A stretch of 64,000 nt of DNA from Octopus vulgaris. Taxonomy: Eukaryota. A program made the translations under genes and the position numbers. Location: assembly GCA_951406725.2 (NCBI GenBank), contig OX597819.1, positions 93,806,001-93,870,000 of the forward strand. The letters are read 5' to 3'. Under the pieces are notes generated by a model. The model did not search any database. It was not told the DNA's origin and saw nothing but the letters and a program-made list of their open reading frames with translations. Below, piece after piece: positions 1 to 14,242 of this stretch (position 1 is the first letter of the stretch; every line of letters starts with the position of its first letter).

Positions 1-302
1 TATATATTGTTGTATCTGGAGAGAGTAATTCTCTTTTAGTACCTTATTATTTAACACACTCACCAGCTAAGTTTCTACTCAGTTACTTATTTATGTTTCC
101 TAAAATTTCTGTTGCATCTGGCAAACCAAATCCAAAAACGAAGTATATATACATACATATATATATATATATATATATTTCATGTCCAATGAAATATATG
201 AAATATAAAAGCCGGACTAGACTACAAAAAAAAAAGAAAACAGGCGCAACTCCATTGTCTCCCAAGACAGAAAAGATGCCAATACCAATATATATACATA
301 CA

Positions 303-333
<31 letters not shown>

Positions 334-857
334 GTATGTATAAATATATATGTGTGTGTGTGTGTGTGTGTACATACTTCACTGACTTCTACCTACTTTC
401 CATTAATTCCACTCACAATATATATATATCCAAGTTTTACCTAATGTCACAACAGAAAACACTTGACACATGCTAAAGATGTTGCATCAAAGAATTGAAC
501 CCCAAACCACATTTGTGTGAATCAAACTGCTTAACTAAACATCCATGTATGCACTTACATACTTGTAAAAATATTGTTCCAACATGTGTGTTATGTTTTC
601 TTTATGCTTTTTATATATACACACACTTACATCCATTATTTCTTGCTTGCATGAGTTTATCTGTTGCAGAAAATGGATTTACATCTGGATAATCTCTTTT
701 TACTTCTAATCACTGAAGTGTGAGCAAAGAGTGTAACCTATTCTTTTTTTTTTTTAACTGAGGCAAACTGAAACAAGCAGATTTACAATGAATTGTTTTA
801 CAAAGCAAACCACAGTGACAGTAGCAAGGCATGAAACTTTGAAACATTGTACCTCAC

Positions 858-910
858 ATAGATAGATAGATAGATAGATACATACATACATACATACATA
901 CATACATACA

Positions 911-977
<67 letters not shown>

Positions 978-1079
978 GTAAATATATATGTATATATATA
1001 TATGTATATATGTATATATATGTAAATATATATGTATATATATATATGTATATATGTATATATATGTAAATATATATGT

Positions 1080-1149
<70 letters not shown>

Positions 1150-1613
1150 TACATACACATACAAATATATGCATGCATACAACATACATACGTATATATT
1201 TATATTTATGCATATGTGTGTGTGATATGTCAGTGTGCATATTGAATGTATATATATATATATATAAATGTGTGTGTACACATACATACATGCATACATG
1301 CATATGCACATGCAGGCATGCATACATGCAAATACACAAAGCATAAGGTGTCTCTGATGTTAAGCTTCAGGTCTTAATATTGTCATTGCATGGTGCCCCT
1401 GAGAATGGCATCTACTTTGCTTGTTCTAGAACGAAAATGAAACAGGCTCCATTCATACTTCACAGTTGAGCAGTTAGCTGTAGGAATGGCATCCAATGGC
1501 ATCCAGCTGTAAAAACCAATTGCCATAACAAATAAATCATCTCACCTACGCAAGCATGGTAAAAATGGATGCAAAGCAGCAACACAGACACACACAAACA
1601 TGCACATATATGC

Positions 1614-1663
<50 letters not shown>

Positions 1664-1842
1664 TATATATATATATATATAATATACATATACATATATA
1701 TATGAATATGTATATATATATAAATGGATATATATATATATATATATATAAATGGATATACATATATATATATATATATATTTATATGTACATATACATA
1801 TATATATATATATATGAATATGTGTATATATATATAAAATGG

Positions 1843-1893
<51 letters not shown>

Positions 1894-1912
1894 AATGGAT
1901 ATACATATATAT

Positions 1913-1989
<77 letters not shown>

Positions 1990-2010
1990 CATTTATATAT
2001 ATCCATATAT
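858..2010. repeat. Compound microsatellite fields (GATA)n/(TACA)n/(TA)n, representative of dozens of such tracts across the window
   Basis: Directly visible; these tracts produce the YIYI, MYVC and HTHT artefact ORFs. Confidence 0.95.
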
Positions 2011-2809
2011 GGAGAGAGAGGAAAGAGAGAGAAAGAGCGATAATAATACACACATAGACACAGACAAACATGCATACAGGTACACACATGAATATACACA
2101 TAGATACTAGATATTCGTTAATGTTCCCATGTACAATCATGTACATGTAATCAAATAATTATTGTACATATTGCATATTCTTTTCTTAATGTTAGAACAG
2201 ATATCCGAAAGCGGAGTGGTAGGTAACAGCAAAAAAATAAAATAAAATGAAAGAAAGAAAAATGAAAAATGAAAAATATAGTAATTTTATGTAGATGCTG
2301 CCTGGTAAACAGTGCATTGATGATAGATTAAATATAAAGCTAAATAATGATAACTTAATAGTTGGGAATTGAGATTACTAGTATGACAAAGGAGTAAAAT
2401 GACAGCGACTAACTGGTGAGGCTCTGTGAAGATTTAACATAAAAATTAATGATAAGCAAATGGTTGAAAATTGTAATACTAGATGGCAAATATTATTATG
2501 GTAATTAGAGCTTGGAAGCGTTTTGCAAAATCTATTACAAACTTTGTGGTGCAGAGCAATAAGCCTCAATAGTTTGTATTTGAATTGTTTTGGTTTTGGG
2601 GTTTTTTTTTTGTGGAGCACCATGGTGACCATAATGATGGAAGATGATAATTTTTACTTTAGAAACCATTGTGTCTTTCAATTGGGTAAAGACCCCCTTT
2701 GGTCACCAATGATCAAGGGATTGCACCAAGATAGAAAGTTCCCCTCCAAGGCACAAGTGCGGGCAAGGTTGTTTGTAGAAGACCAGCAGTCACCCATGCA
2801 TACCTACTT

Positions 2810-3035
2810 CTTTATTCCCCACAAGGGGCTAAATGCAGAGGGGACGGACATGGACAGACAAACGGATTAAGTCGATTACATCGACCCCAGTGCATAACTG
2901 GTACTTATTTAATCGACCCCGAAAGGATGAAAGGCAAAGTTGACCTCGGTGGAATTTGAACTCAGAACGTAGCAGCAGACAAAATACTGCTAAGCATTTC
3001 GTCCAGCATGCTAACAATTCTGCCAGCTCACCACC
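2810..3035 (-). mobile_element. SINE family B (tRNA-like head plus gactttgcctttcatcctttcggggtcgat core). Other copies at ~22550-22758, 29075-29292, 30615-30815, 39950-40150, 41075-41290 (minus) and 45075-45282, 46760-46975 (plus)
   Basis: Repeated ggtgagctggcagaa..ttagca..ctgagttcaaattcc..gaggtc.actttgcctttcatcc. The core resembles the Nin/Deu-type SINE central domain (recalled, unverified). Confidence 0.85.
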
Positions 3036-3911
3036 TTTCACCCATGCATACCAACCTCCTCTCACCACATCACTGATGTTATCCCAGGAAAAAGCAAAGG
3101 CCGATACAGCTTAGCACCAGTGACTCATTTCTACAGCTGAGTGAATTGGAGTAACGTGAAATAAAGTTCACAAGAACACAACACACAGCCCAGTCTAGGA
3201 ATCAAACTCACTACCTCATAATTGTGAGATCAACGTTCTAACCATTGAGCCATATATAATAACTTCAGTCTTTCATTAGTCTATCAATTCCATTACAGGC
3301 TGAGTATCCAATGAGAATTGAGTTGCAAAGGCATCAACATAACATACAGTAATACATCAATATCTATGTCTTGGGTATGTTTTGAGCCTAGCAAACTTAG
3401 CAAAGCTCATCACTATCTAAGCCTGGTCAGAGACAATTTCTTGCAGAGAGAATGAGAGAATGAATGTGAGAAATTCAAAAAAAAAAAAGAAGACGAAATG
3501 ATCCCTAGAAGAAAACCAAAATAATCTCAGCAGGATTTGAACTCAGTGGGCAAAGAGCTGGAAGGAACACTTTAAGGCAGTTTATACAATGCTCAAATGG
3601 CTGCTTGCTGCATCACTTCTGAGCTGCTATGTGTGATTATATCATTCAACATTATCTTACAGCTAAAAATCATATCAACATTCAACCAATTATAGAACAC
3701 ATCATCAGTTAATGTTCAACAGAATTTTCTGAGGCAGATCTTCTACAGCTGGATGCCATTCCTGTCACCAACCTGCACCTGTTTCCAAGCAAAGTAATAT
3801 TTCCCCATGGCTAGGCATGTTTTTTTTTTTATAGAAGACTGGAAAAAATAACACCACTTGTATGATGATAATGCTTGATTGCAACCATGATGTTAAAGTT
3901 GTTGTTCTGTT

Positions 3912-4209
3912 TGTTCCTTCTAGAGCCATGCCTGGCTCATAGGGCCGGTTTCCCAGTTTCCTTGGCATATAGGTTCCCCATCTGGATGGAACGCTGGTCT
4001 GTCACAGGTGAACTGCAAGATGCTGGAGGAAAGAGTGAGAGAAAGTTGTGGCAAAAGAGTCAGCAGAAGTTTGCCATTACCTTCTGCTGGAGCCGCATGG
4101 AGCTTAGGTGTTTCGCTCATAAACACACACATTGCCCAGTCTGAGATTCGAACCTGTGATACTTCAACTGCGAGTCTGCTGCTCTAACCACTAGGCCATG
4201 TGCCTCCAC
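3912..4209 (-). mobile_element. tRNA-derived SINE related to 13432-13738
   Basis: Reverse complement: gtggaggcacatggcctagtggttagagcagcagactcg..ggttcgaatc..gagcgaaacacctaagctcca. Confidence 0.75.
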
Positions 4210-6199
4210 TGATGTTAAAGTAAAAGTACACAAAAGCACACATACACTCACATAAGTATACATACATATACATACCTATATACACAGCAGGCTTCTTTGG
4301 TTTTCCTCTACCATATCCATCCAAAATGCTCTGGTCAACCCAGGGCTATGGTGGAAGTCATCAATTCAAAGTGCTATACAGGGGGACTGAACCCAAGACA
4401 ACATGGTTTAGAAACAAACTTCTTAACCATGCAGCCACACAGAATTGCTGGTGGTATATATTCTTCTGTTGAGCCATTATATTATTTGGATATTTGGCTA
4501 TTAACTGAACAGAAAACCCTTTAGAGATGTACCTATTTCAGTACCACTTTAATATATTAGTATTTTAACATGGGTACATAACTATAAATTTCAAGAGGAG
4601 GGTATGAGTTAATTTGACTGAATACCAGAAATTTGAGCGGTATTTATTTCATCAAGCTCTTGTAGGATGAAAGACAAAAGCAGCCCCAACAGGATTTGAA
4701 CTTACAATTTAAGGAGACATAAAAATATATTCTGTATGGTATTTTGGATATCATACTCTTGATTCTACCAGTCCACTGTCCTTGTTGGTGCATGATATTA
4801 CAATGAGAAAAGAAAAAGTTCAAAGAATATTACATGAGTTTGCCAACATCCAAAAGCTATGTTATTAAGTTTCTTACATTTGTATGGTGTTTACTCAAGA
4901 GACAAAGAGATGAGAATATTTTATATGAGGAAGAGAGAGAGAAGGTGAAAGTGAAAGAAAGAGAGTGTGTGTATGTATATGTGCATGTATGTCTGTGTGA
5001 TCTGTGTATGTCTGTGTCCCTGTATGCAAATATATGTGAGTATGTGCTGGTGTGACTGAGCATATATGTGTGTGCTTTGGCATGATTCTCTGTGTGTGTG
5101 TTTGTTTATGTATTTGCATATGTGTATATATGATTGTGTGTACATGTAAGTGCATATATGAGTGTGTGGGTATGTGTGTATATGTGTGCATATGCAGGTG
5201 TAAGCATGAGTTTGTGTGTGTATCTGTGTGGGTATGTGTGCATGTATGTGTACATGTGCATGCATGCGTATATGTGCATATGTATGTGTATTTGTGTGTG
5301 CATGAGTGTGCACTTGTTTGTGTGCATGTGTGTGTGTGTACATGAACGTGTACATGTGTGTGTGTGTGTGTGTGTGAGTGTTATTTTCTGCCCTAATATT
5401 TTTGGTGGTTAATTTACAGAATGGTTAGAGTGTCACAGAGCATGCTTTGCAGTATGTTCCAGCTTTCTGTGCTCTGAGTTCAAATCCTGGAGTAGATGGG
5501 AGAAAGAAGAATGATGATTATGGGGATTACCATGTTTACTTGCATACAATATGAAAAATTCAATCACAAAACATCAGGTGCAAAATCAGTTTGGTAGCAT
5601 TATAGCTGAATGTAAAACAGAATAATAAAAAGTGCCAAGCTGTAGGACTGAACCCAAAATCATATGGTTGAGAAACAAGCTTTTTATCCATGCAGCCACA
5701 CTTGTGTCTTGTATGGAAGTGATCCATGACTCACTTCCTGTGCTCACTACTCTTCACCAGGTAAGAGGAGATAGAAGCTTCAGTAATGGAGTTCTTCACC
5801 TTGAAGGACAAGAACTGGTATCAACATGGAATCAAAGAACTGGCAGAACGTTGGCTTCAGACAGTATAACACGGTGCCACTACTTTGAATACTAAGCTGC
5901 TTTTATTATAACTTGATGAATAAAAGAAATTAAGTTACCAAAATATTGCAAAACTTTTGACTCAACAGTCATTTGCTTCCGTCATTTGACGGTGGCCACA
6001 CTGGAGCACTGCCTTAACAGGTGTTTTAGTCAGAGGAAATTGGCCCCAGGACTAATTATTTATAAGTCTAGTACTTATTCTATCAGTTCCTTTTGCTGAG
6101 CCACTAAGTTACGGAGTGTAAACACACCGACATCAGTTGTCAAGCGAGAGTGGGGGGACAAACAGACACAAAGACATGCACACATAAACATATATATAG

Positions 6200-6470
6200 G
6201 GAGAATTCACAAAAAACAAAAGACGAAGATAGTTGGTGTAGACAACAAACTGATGTATTAATACAATGATCAGGAAGGAAAATGTCTTTAATGTTTCGCG
6301 CCTATGCTCTTCCACAGAAAGGAACACAGAAAGAGACAAGGAGAGAAAATAAAGAATATATAGTGGCTAGCGATCTATCATGGCAAAACCTGGACAGAAG
6401 GGTCACACAGGAGAGCTAGGGAGAAGGGAAGATAACAAAGTGGTGGTGATCCCAAAACAAAGGTGTGCGT
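6200..6470 (-). mobile_element. Recurrent PLE-like repeat (also ~23360-23630, 34255-34360, 61512-61700)
   Basis: Shared aacaaaagacgaaga..aacaacaa..tgtattag..gagcctacgctcttc.acagaaagg sequence in four places. The minus strand has a hammerhead-like CTGTNGA-a-gagc-gtag-gctc-GAAAC motif. Confidence 0.5.
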
Positions 6471-7149
6471 GTCTTTATATATATATATGTATATATATAT
6501 ACAATTGGCTTCTTTCAGTTTCCATCTATCAAATCCATTCACAAAGCTTTGGTCGGCCTGAGGCTATACTGGAAGCCCAAGGTGTCAAGCAGAGGGACTG
6601 AACCTGGAGCCGTATGGTTGGGAAGCAAGCTTCTAACCACACAGCCACACCTGCCATCACTGACATAGATGTATGCCTTGTGGTATTAACCTTGACTCTT
6701 TATTCACTGACTTAATTTTCTTTTGAAAAAATTCCTGCAAGGGCAACAGCTAGTGTTCTGTACAAAACGAAAAAAAATGTGCCGTGGAAAAATGAACTTT
6801 CCAAACTGCAAATCTGGTGTGCAAATACACTTTCAGATTTATAACTATTATGATTGGAGTGGTAGGATATATACCAGCTTGTCAGGAACAAAATTTGGCA
6901 TGACTTGGATTCTTGAAGAAAGAATGTAGCTCCATTATTCACATACTGCAGATTATGCTCACTAGGACACTAAAAAAATTTCATGGTCTTCTTAAAATTT
7001 GAAGGATGAATAGTTAAGCAAAAGATCACAAAGAGAATAAAACCCTTTCTTAAGAAAAAAAAAAATTTCTTTGTAACTTTGCAACCTTGCAAATGGCTGA
7101 CTAAAATAAACCCTAAAACTTCAATCAGGAGGAAAATACATACATACAT

Positions 7150-7188
<39 letters not shown>

Positions 7189-8022
7189 CATACATAGATA
7201 TATACATATATCCATATTAACATACATAAATACATGCATACATGCATACATGCATACATACATACATACATACATATATACATACATACATATTTACATA
7301 TAATACATACATACATATATACATACATATATATATACATATACATATGCATATACACATGTATATACATATATATAAATATGTATGTGTATACATATGT
7401 ATATACATACACACACATACATACATACACACATACATACATACTTACTTTAGTACATACACACATACACATATATACTCACACACTTTGACTGACATTG
7501 TAGAAAAACAGAATACCCATGGTTTACTAATGCGGAACTCAAAACTCTTGTACCCCAGCTATGGATTTTGATTTGTACCTATTATCGTAGAGCCACTGGG
7601 ATGTGAAGCACCATATTTGCATAAAAGCCCCCAAAGTGCTGCAGTTTCCCAATAAGGAAGAAAGCAAACCAACTCACATCCAACAAATTCAAATTATTAG
7701 ATCAATCGGTGCTATGCTGAATAATTGTAAAACACTCCACAGATTTTTCCATTTGAACTTCCTAGAAGCAACATATACACACAATACTGATGTATATATA
7801 TGTATGTGTACAGATACATATATATATATATAAAGTGTAATGAAACACAGATATAAGAGTAATTTTATTGATGCACATACAAATACATACACAAACACAC
7901 CTATCCGTTTACAAAACCTTGGTATTCTCTTAATTTCAACAAAAAGTCTTGTCACTTTGTTAGTGGCTGGAATTCTGCAAAGAAGAACTTGAATAAATCT
8001 TGAAGAAATTCATACATACATG

Positions 8023-8078
<56 letters not shown>

Positions 8079-8380
8079 ATGCACTCATACATACATGCAT
8101 ACATAGAAGCAGCTTCACTCATACAAGCATACATACATATAAAATTTTCTTCTTGATAAAACTCTTTCATCCAAATTATTCTGTTAGAGATTCCTTCTCT
8201 CTTTTTTTGTAATCGGCTGAATGAAACATTTTAAATTTCTATATATTTGTTCCTTAATGACAGACACACACATATACATATACATACATACAAACATACA
8301 TATATACACACATACATTTATATATATATATATACATGAACACATAAGCTTTCAATATCTATTACTCTCTTTCTCTGTTC

Positions 8381-8425
<45 letters not shown>

Positions 8426-9234
8426 ATGCATGCATACAAGTTCATGCTTATTTATATGCAAGAAGAGTATGTATACATATATATATATTCATTATATCTT
8501 TGACTCGGCATGTGTCCATAGTTTGTGTGTATGTGCGTGAGTGCATGAGAAAGAGAGAGAAAGAGATGGAGAGAGCAAGAGCTTGAGAAAAAAACGAACC
8601 ACTTGCTATAACAACTTTCATATATTTTCAATTTATTTATACCCAGCATATATCGACATTTGGTCTGGATCAAGTCAAAAGATATTTATATACACACACT
8701 GACTCAAAGACAGACACATAGTATATGTATGTATGTATGTATGTATGTACGTATGTATGTATGTATGTATGTATGTATGTATGTACGTACGTGTGTATGT
8801 GTCAGTGTGTTTATGTGTGTATGTAGTACAAGCATGTGTACGAATAACCAGTATAAAAATTGGCACTCAAAATGTTATATAGAGTAAATGTTTACAGATT
8901 TGTAGTCAATATCTCAAACAGATATTACTCAGAGTTTCATGGACATGAATGTACATGTCTAATCAACCAAACATCCATGATGGACAGAACCCTGGCTGCA
9001 TTCAGCTTGAAATATGGTTTCTTATTGGTTGATAGTAAGCTAAGCTTTTGTTGCCTGTCCTTGATCTTAAGATAAGATTGTTGCAGACTGCTGCATTGAT
9101 CATTGTAGGATATCAAATTGCGTCGGGGACAAAGGTCAGCCAATATTAATTTTCAGTCATAAGTGAGTTAAACTCCTTGATTTTCTTTGAGAGTATTTTC
9201 AAAGTCATTTGTTTGGAACTGATCCAAGACAAAA

Positions 9235-9950
9235 GCTCATTGATGAAGGAGGTTAGAAATTAGTTTGACTTTTCTGTTGTGGGATACCATAGGCTACTTC
9301 AAGATATAGTAATTTTCAAACAGGCAGGACCTGCATTTACTTGATCCACTGAAGTATGTAGGGCTTGTATTGATACTGCTTCAGGTTATAGGGTAGCAGT
9401 GATATTCTTGCTCTCTAATGAATGAAATGAATTGGGACTGGCAAGCAGAGTTTACCCTGTCCATGGATCTAAAGAAATTCAAATGTTGATGATATCACAA
9501 CTTGAAGATATTAGCAGTAAGCTATGTATAGTTCATCTGCATATCATCTAGTGAGCAAGTATAGCTCTATACACTGGGATCTCACGAAAGCAAAATGCTC
9601 TAGGCAAAAAGGTGGGTTGTTGAGATGGTGATTGTGCAGAGGATATTAGTTGTAGGTTATATACAGGAAGCAATATTTTATAATCAAGAATAGCTAACCT
9701 TAACATTTTGTGAATTGAAACGTTTGTGGTATTTGTATGGTAATAAAATGGTACCTTACAAGAGATAGAAAGTTGCTAGCACATGTTCTCACTTTATTTT
9801 CCTTGTATTTCCCAAGAGCTTTTTTCTCCCAACCATTCATGGTTGACTGTTATTTCTAGTAAGCTTCCAAGATAATCTGTTTCACTGTAGTCTTACTAAA
9901 GAAGTGGGCAACCCATGAAACATTTAAATATCATGAATGGTTTTATAAGA
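9235..9950 (-). pseudogene. Penelope-like element C-terminal linker and GIY-YIG endonuclease remnant
   Basis: Minus-strand frames NFLSLVRYHF..KYHKRFNSQNVKVSYS, VYRAIL, YI(G)LTANIFK and KCRSCLFENYYILK*PMVSHNRKVKLISNLLH resemble PLE C-termini; many stops and frameshifts. Confidence 0.75.
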
Positions 9951-10377
9951 TACATATATTTCATTTAAATACGTATATTTGAAATAGATTCCTTCTGAAT
10001 ATTTCACATGCACTTTGGTCATAGGCACAAATAATTTCTAATTACTTGTAGAGCGCTCTGTTTTCAATTAGACAAATTAAGGTGTGCTTTGTGAGGTTTG
10101 AATGTCTCTCTCTTTTTCCATATATGTGTCTGTGTCTATGTATATATCATATGTATATTTATATAGATATATATATATTATATGTATTTTATGTGTGTGT
10201 GTGTATACATATACACATATAATATATTATATATATTACCATGTTCACATATCATATACATATATATAAATATATATATATATATATATGCTATATTTAT
10301 ATATATATATATATAACCGCAGTCCGCTGCCTAACCACTATGTATAGTGTGTGTGTATAAACATACATATGTATATA

Positions 10378-10496
10378 CAGTAATACCTCGGTTTTCGAAC
10401 ACCTCGGATCACAAATAAATCATGCTTTATATATATATAGATATAAAGCATGAGTTATTCATGATCAGAGCTGTTTGAAAACCGATGGTACTACTG
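10378..10496. mobile_element. pogo/Tigger-like MITE
   Basis: TA|cagtaatacctcggttttcgaac ... gtttgaaaaccgatggtactactg|TA. Confidence 0.65.
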
Positions 10497-10679
10497 TATG
10501 TATATGCAGTTCCCAACCACATGGTTTTGGCTACAGTTTCACAGTGTGGCACATTGGGCAAGTGTCTTCTATTATAGATCCAGGACAACTGAAGCCTTGC
10601 GAACGGACTTGGTAAATGGAAACTGAAAAGAAGCCAAATGTAAATGTGTGTATGTCTCACTAGAAAGTTGTCTTACAAG

Positions 10680-11215
10680 AAAGCGGGTATCAGCAATAAT
10701 TCTCTCATGCACAAAACCAAGACACATCTCATCGAAACTAATTGACTTTCAAATAAATTGACCTGTATGTTCTTCTGTAACTTTCCTGACCATGTTCAAC
10801 AATTTGATACCTCTGTAATTACTTCATCTAAGGTATCATAATGCTGTTACACTTCCCATTGGCTATGACATCTTCCTGTGCAACCTGATTAGCTATACAG
10901 GTGACTAGGTTATATCCTGCGCTATTTTAATTACCTCAAGAGTCACTTCTTTTGGGCCAGAAACTTTCTTGTCTTCATATCAATACCTGCATTACCTATC
11001 AACAGTATCCATCATACCGCTGTCAAGCAGTATGATAGATGCAGCCTGTCCCTCTAATGAGGCCATATTGGGAATACCCTCTTTCTTCCAGGCATTCTCC
11101 ATTTTTAATAGCTTCCCATGACAGCACTTCCATGCCTGTACCTTTTTGGAATCATTAAGTGCAAGTGTACCATTATCCATCTGTACACACTTCTTAGCCC
11201 ACAACATCTTGATTT
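10680..11215 (-). mobile_element. LINE (probably RTE-clade) ORF fragment
   Basis: KCVQMDNGTLALNDSKKVQAWKCCHGKLLKMENAW resembles the endonuclease-RT linker (G...D.E....WK.H...LLN.E). Confidence 0.6.
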
Positions 11216-11314
11216 TCTCCAATATATAATAACAATAATAATAATGATAATATATAATACTTATATATGTGCATGTGTTATATTTATATACATATGTGTA
11301 TATATATTTATACA

Positions 11315-11350
<36 letters not shown>

Positions 11351-11403
11351 TGTATGTACGAGTGTGTATATGTATACATATATACGTTTGTGTATATTTA
11401 TAC

Positions 11404-11434
<31 letters not shown>

Positions 11435-11458
11435 CGAGTGTGTATATGCATATATTTA

Positions 11459-11500
<42 letters not shown>

Positions 11501-11968
11501 TATAAAAATGTGTGTGTGTGGTTATGTGTGTGTGTATCTATTTTTGTTTGTGTTAGTGTATGTGTTTTTTTTAGTTCTTATTAATTTTCTCTAAGTGTTC
11601 TGCTACAGTCGAGCCAGTAGTTTATTGCTGTAGTAGAGTTACCAAAATCAAATTTATTACTGCACAATCGCCAAAATAAATTGAGGTGTGTTGATGGAGG
11701 GATATAGAAATGTGTAAAACTCTACATAACAGCCCAGACATCATCGATATTTTGTATTTTGTCTGATAGATAGATCTCACATAAATCCATAAGTAACTAT
11801 TTTCTATGTTCCCCCTACTTCTTCTTCTTCTTCTTCTTTGATTTCTCTTCTTCCTCCTTTATCCTTTTCCTTCTTCTCCTCCTCTTCCTCCTCTCCCTCC
11901 TTCTCGTCATCGTTATCATAATCATCACAATGACCATAATCATCGCCATCATCGTCGTCATCATCATT

Positions 11969-12003
<35 letters not shown>

Positions 12004-12627
12004 TCTTATTCTGGTGTTGTTCTTTTCGTGGTTCTCCTTCTCTTGCATATTTTTTGTTTGTTTTTTTTTGGCTCTTTTGCATCATCTCATCCTTTCTACT
12101 CCTTCCAATTCTCATTCAATTTCCTTCATAAATACATACTTACATGCACTCATACATACACATACTCAATCTCTCTCTCTCTCTCCCTCTCTTTTTAAAA
12201 CGTTCTAATTTCATTTACCGGTTCTTGTTTCTACATTTTATTCCATTCCCCTATGTCCTCTTTCTCTCTCTCCCTCTCCTGCATCTCTCTCTCTCTCTCA
12301 CTCACTCACTTTCTCCATTCCCACATATTGTCTCTCGCTACTTCATAACCTTTGGTTTCCTTTTCTGTCTCCCATACATTTTCTATTTCTTGCTTCTCCT
12401 CTGCCTATCCCTCATCCATCACTCTTCACCTTTGCTCTAACAGTTTTTATCTGTCTCACCTTATGTAGAATCTTCATTTTTGCACTTTATAAATGCATGT
12501 TTTTTCGCAAAGAACATACATATATAGATGCATGCATACATACATACATACGTACGTACATACATACATACATACATACGTATATACACACACATACATA
12601 CATACATACATACATACATACCTATAA

Positions 12628-13345
12628 CATATGTCATCATGGTATTATCTACCAATGAGACATAATGTTGTAGCTAGGACACTCTGTAATGAAATCCATC
12701 AGAAGGATAACTCCGAGGACAAAGAAATAAGAACCCACAGTATGGTAGAAGCCATTGCCACTCATAATAAAAAGGAGTACTGGTGGAATGTCCCAGTGAA
12801 AACCTCAATAAAATGTAAGCACAACAGACCTGATATAATGATTTGAAATAGAGAAGAGAAACTGTGCACAGTTGTGGAAATTAGCTGCTCAGCAGATGTT
12901 AGCAGCAATGCTGATCTATTGAGAAATCTGCAGTTATTCTATCCAGATTATAAGTTCAGGTTTGTACCTGTAACTATTGGGGCCCTGTGATATATAACAC
13001 ACTGTCTAAATACCAATCTTAAGAAATTAGGGTTCTCAAAACCAGAAGGGAGAAAGCTAATTTGAAGACTACAGATCCAATCTATCACTAGAACTGTAAA
13101 AATGTGTAAAACTTACTGGAAGTTTATCATTTAAATATATTTGAGCATGTCTTGATATGTAACTATATGCATGAGAATACATAGCATAAAATAAAACATA
13201 CAAATCTGCATGTATACATACATACATACAAACAAAAGTACACTGTTCTTGATGTTGAAATTCCAATGCAGGAGCCTTGGATCTAGGTTAGAAACTGATT
13301 CTTTCTCTATTGGCAAGAAATTTTGAAATAAAACTAAGCAATGAC
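12628..13345 (+). mobile_element. 3' end of an RLE-type (R4/Dong-like) non-LTR retrotransposon
   Basis: YYLPMRHNVVAR..YWWNVPVKTSIKCKHNRPDIMI..CTVVEISC..FVPVTIGAL contains RHN and PD-(D/E)xK restriction-like endonuclease motifs; followed by a UTR and (TACA)n. Confidence 0.8.
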
Positions 13346-13363
13346 ATACATACATTCATACAT

Positions 13364-13412
<49 letters not shown>

Positions 13413-13431
13413 TATATATATATATATATAT

Positions 13432-13738
13432 GTGGAGGCGCAATGGCCCAGTGGTTAGGGCAACGGACTCGTGGTTGTAGGATCGCGATTTCGATCCCCA
13501 GACCGGGTGTTGTGAGTGTTTATTGAGCGGAAACACCTAAAGCTCCACGAGGCTCCGGCAGGGGGTGGTGGCGATCCCTGCTGTACTCTTTCGCCACAAC
13601 TTTGTCTCTTTCTTCTGTTGGCCTGCTCGCTTAGCCAGCGGGGTGGCGTCATTTGAAGGCTAAAACAATGCGAAGCGCATTGTGACCAGCGATGTGTAGC
13701 AACACCTGATAGCCTGGTCGGTCACAAAGGTCACGAAG
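13432..13738 (+). mobile_element. tRNA-derived SINE (OR-like family)
   Basis: tRNA-like head ggcgcaatggcccagtggttagggc..tttcgatccc (A and B boxes). A diverged copy lies on the minus strand at ~3912-4209. Confidence 0.8.
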
Positions 13739-13749
13739 ATATATATATA

Positions 13750-14135
13750 TATATATATATGCATATATACTGTTAATGAGATGATGACACTCCCTTCCTA
13801 TATGTTATCATCTCATTAATATATACCATTCTCATTTTCCCTATTTTTCTCTATTTGTCTCTGATCACGGAATATCCCATACTCAGGGTTATCCCAGAAA
13901 CAGCTGTAAGACTTTGAAGTTTTTTCTAATAATACTATTGTATATGACTTGAGATGTTTGCCTTGCCTTAATGTTTGTTGTCCTCTTTAACAATTATATA
14001 TCTGCTGCATCAGAAATCTGCAATGGCTCCATAACTACCGTCTCGGTTATACCTTAGAGAACTAGTAATACATTACAGCATTTACCTAGTGTACCTAATC
14101 ATTTAGATCAACTGTAAACTAAACCGCCATACTTT
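13750..14135 (+). mobile_element. PLE-type repeat fragment (hairpin, hammerhead and downstream sequence)
   Basis: Hairpin taatgagatgatgaca/tgttatcatctcatta and hammerhead at 13857. Segment 13916-14135 is shared with 49423-49703. Confidence 0.6.
13857..13912 (+). ncRNA. Degenerate hammerhead motif of a PLE remnant (core CUGAUCA)
   Basis: gtct-CTGATCA-cggaatatccc...gggttatccca-GAAA-cagctg-TA-agac. Same stems I and III as the 23104 copy; the G8-equivalent is substituted. Confidence 0.6.
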
Positions 14136-14242
14136 GTACATGTATATATATATATATATATATTATTTATTTATTTAATGAACACAGTACATATCTTTAT
14201 GATAGAATAGTTTTTTTTGGTGAATTTTCTGTCACAGAACAG

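Noticed and set aside
83-8887. Many 60-160 aa ORFs rich in YI, MYVC and HT (also throughout the window)
   Set aside because: They are translations of (TA)n, (TACA)n and (CA)n microsatellites with no protein-like content.
11804-12115. Acidic poly-D/E ORF (and the similar one at 19243-19578)
   Set aside because: Explained by (ATC)n/(TTC)n/(TCC)n trinucleotide tracts; no convincing splice sites or domain.
13432-13510. tRNA-like sequence
   Set aside because: It is the head of a multi-copy SINE and continues into a SINE body; no complete cloverleaf or terminator.
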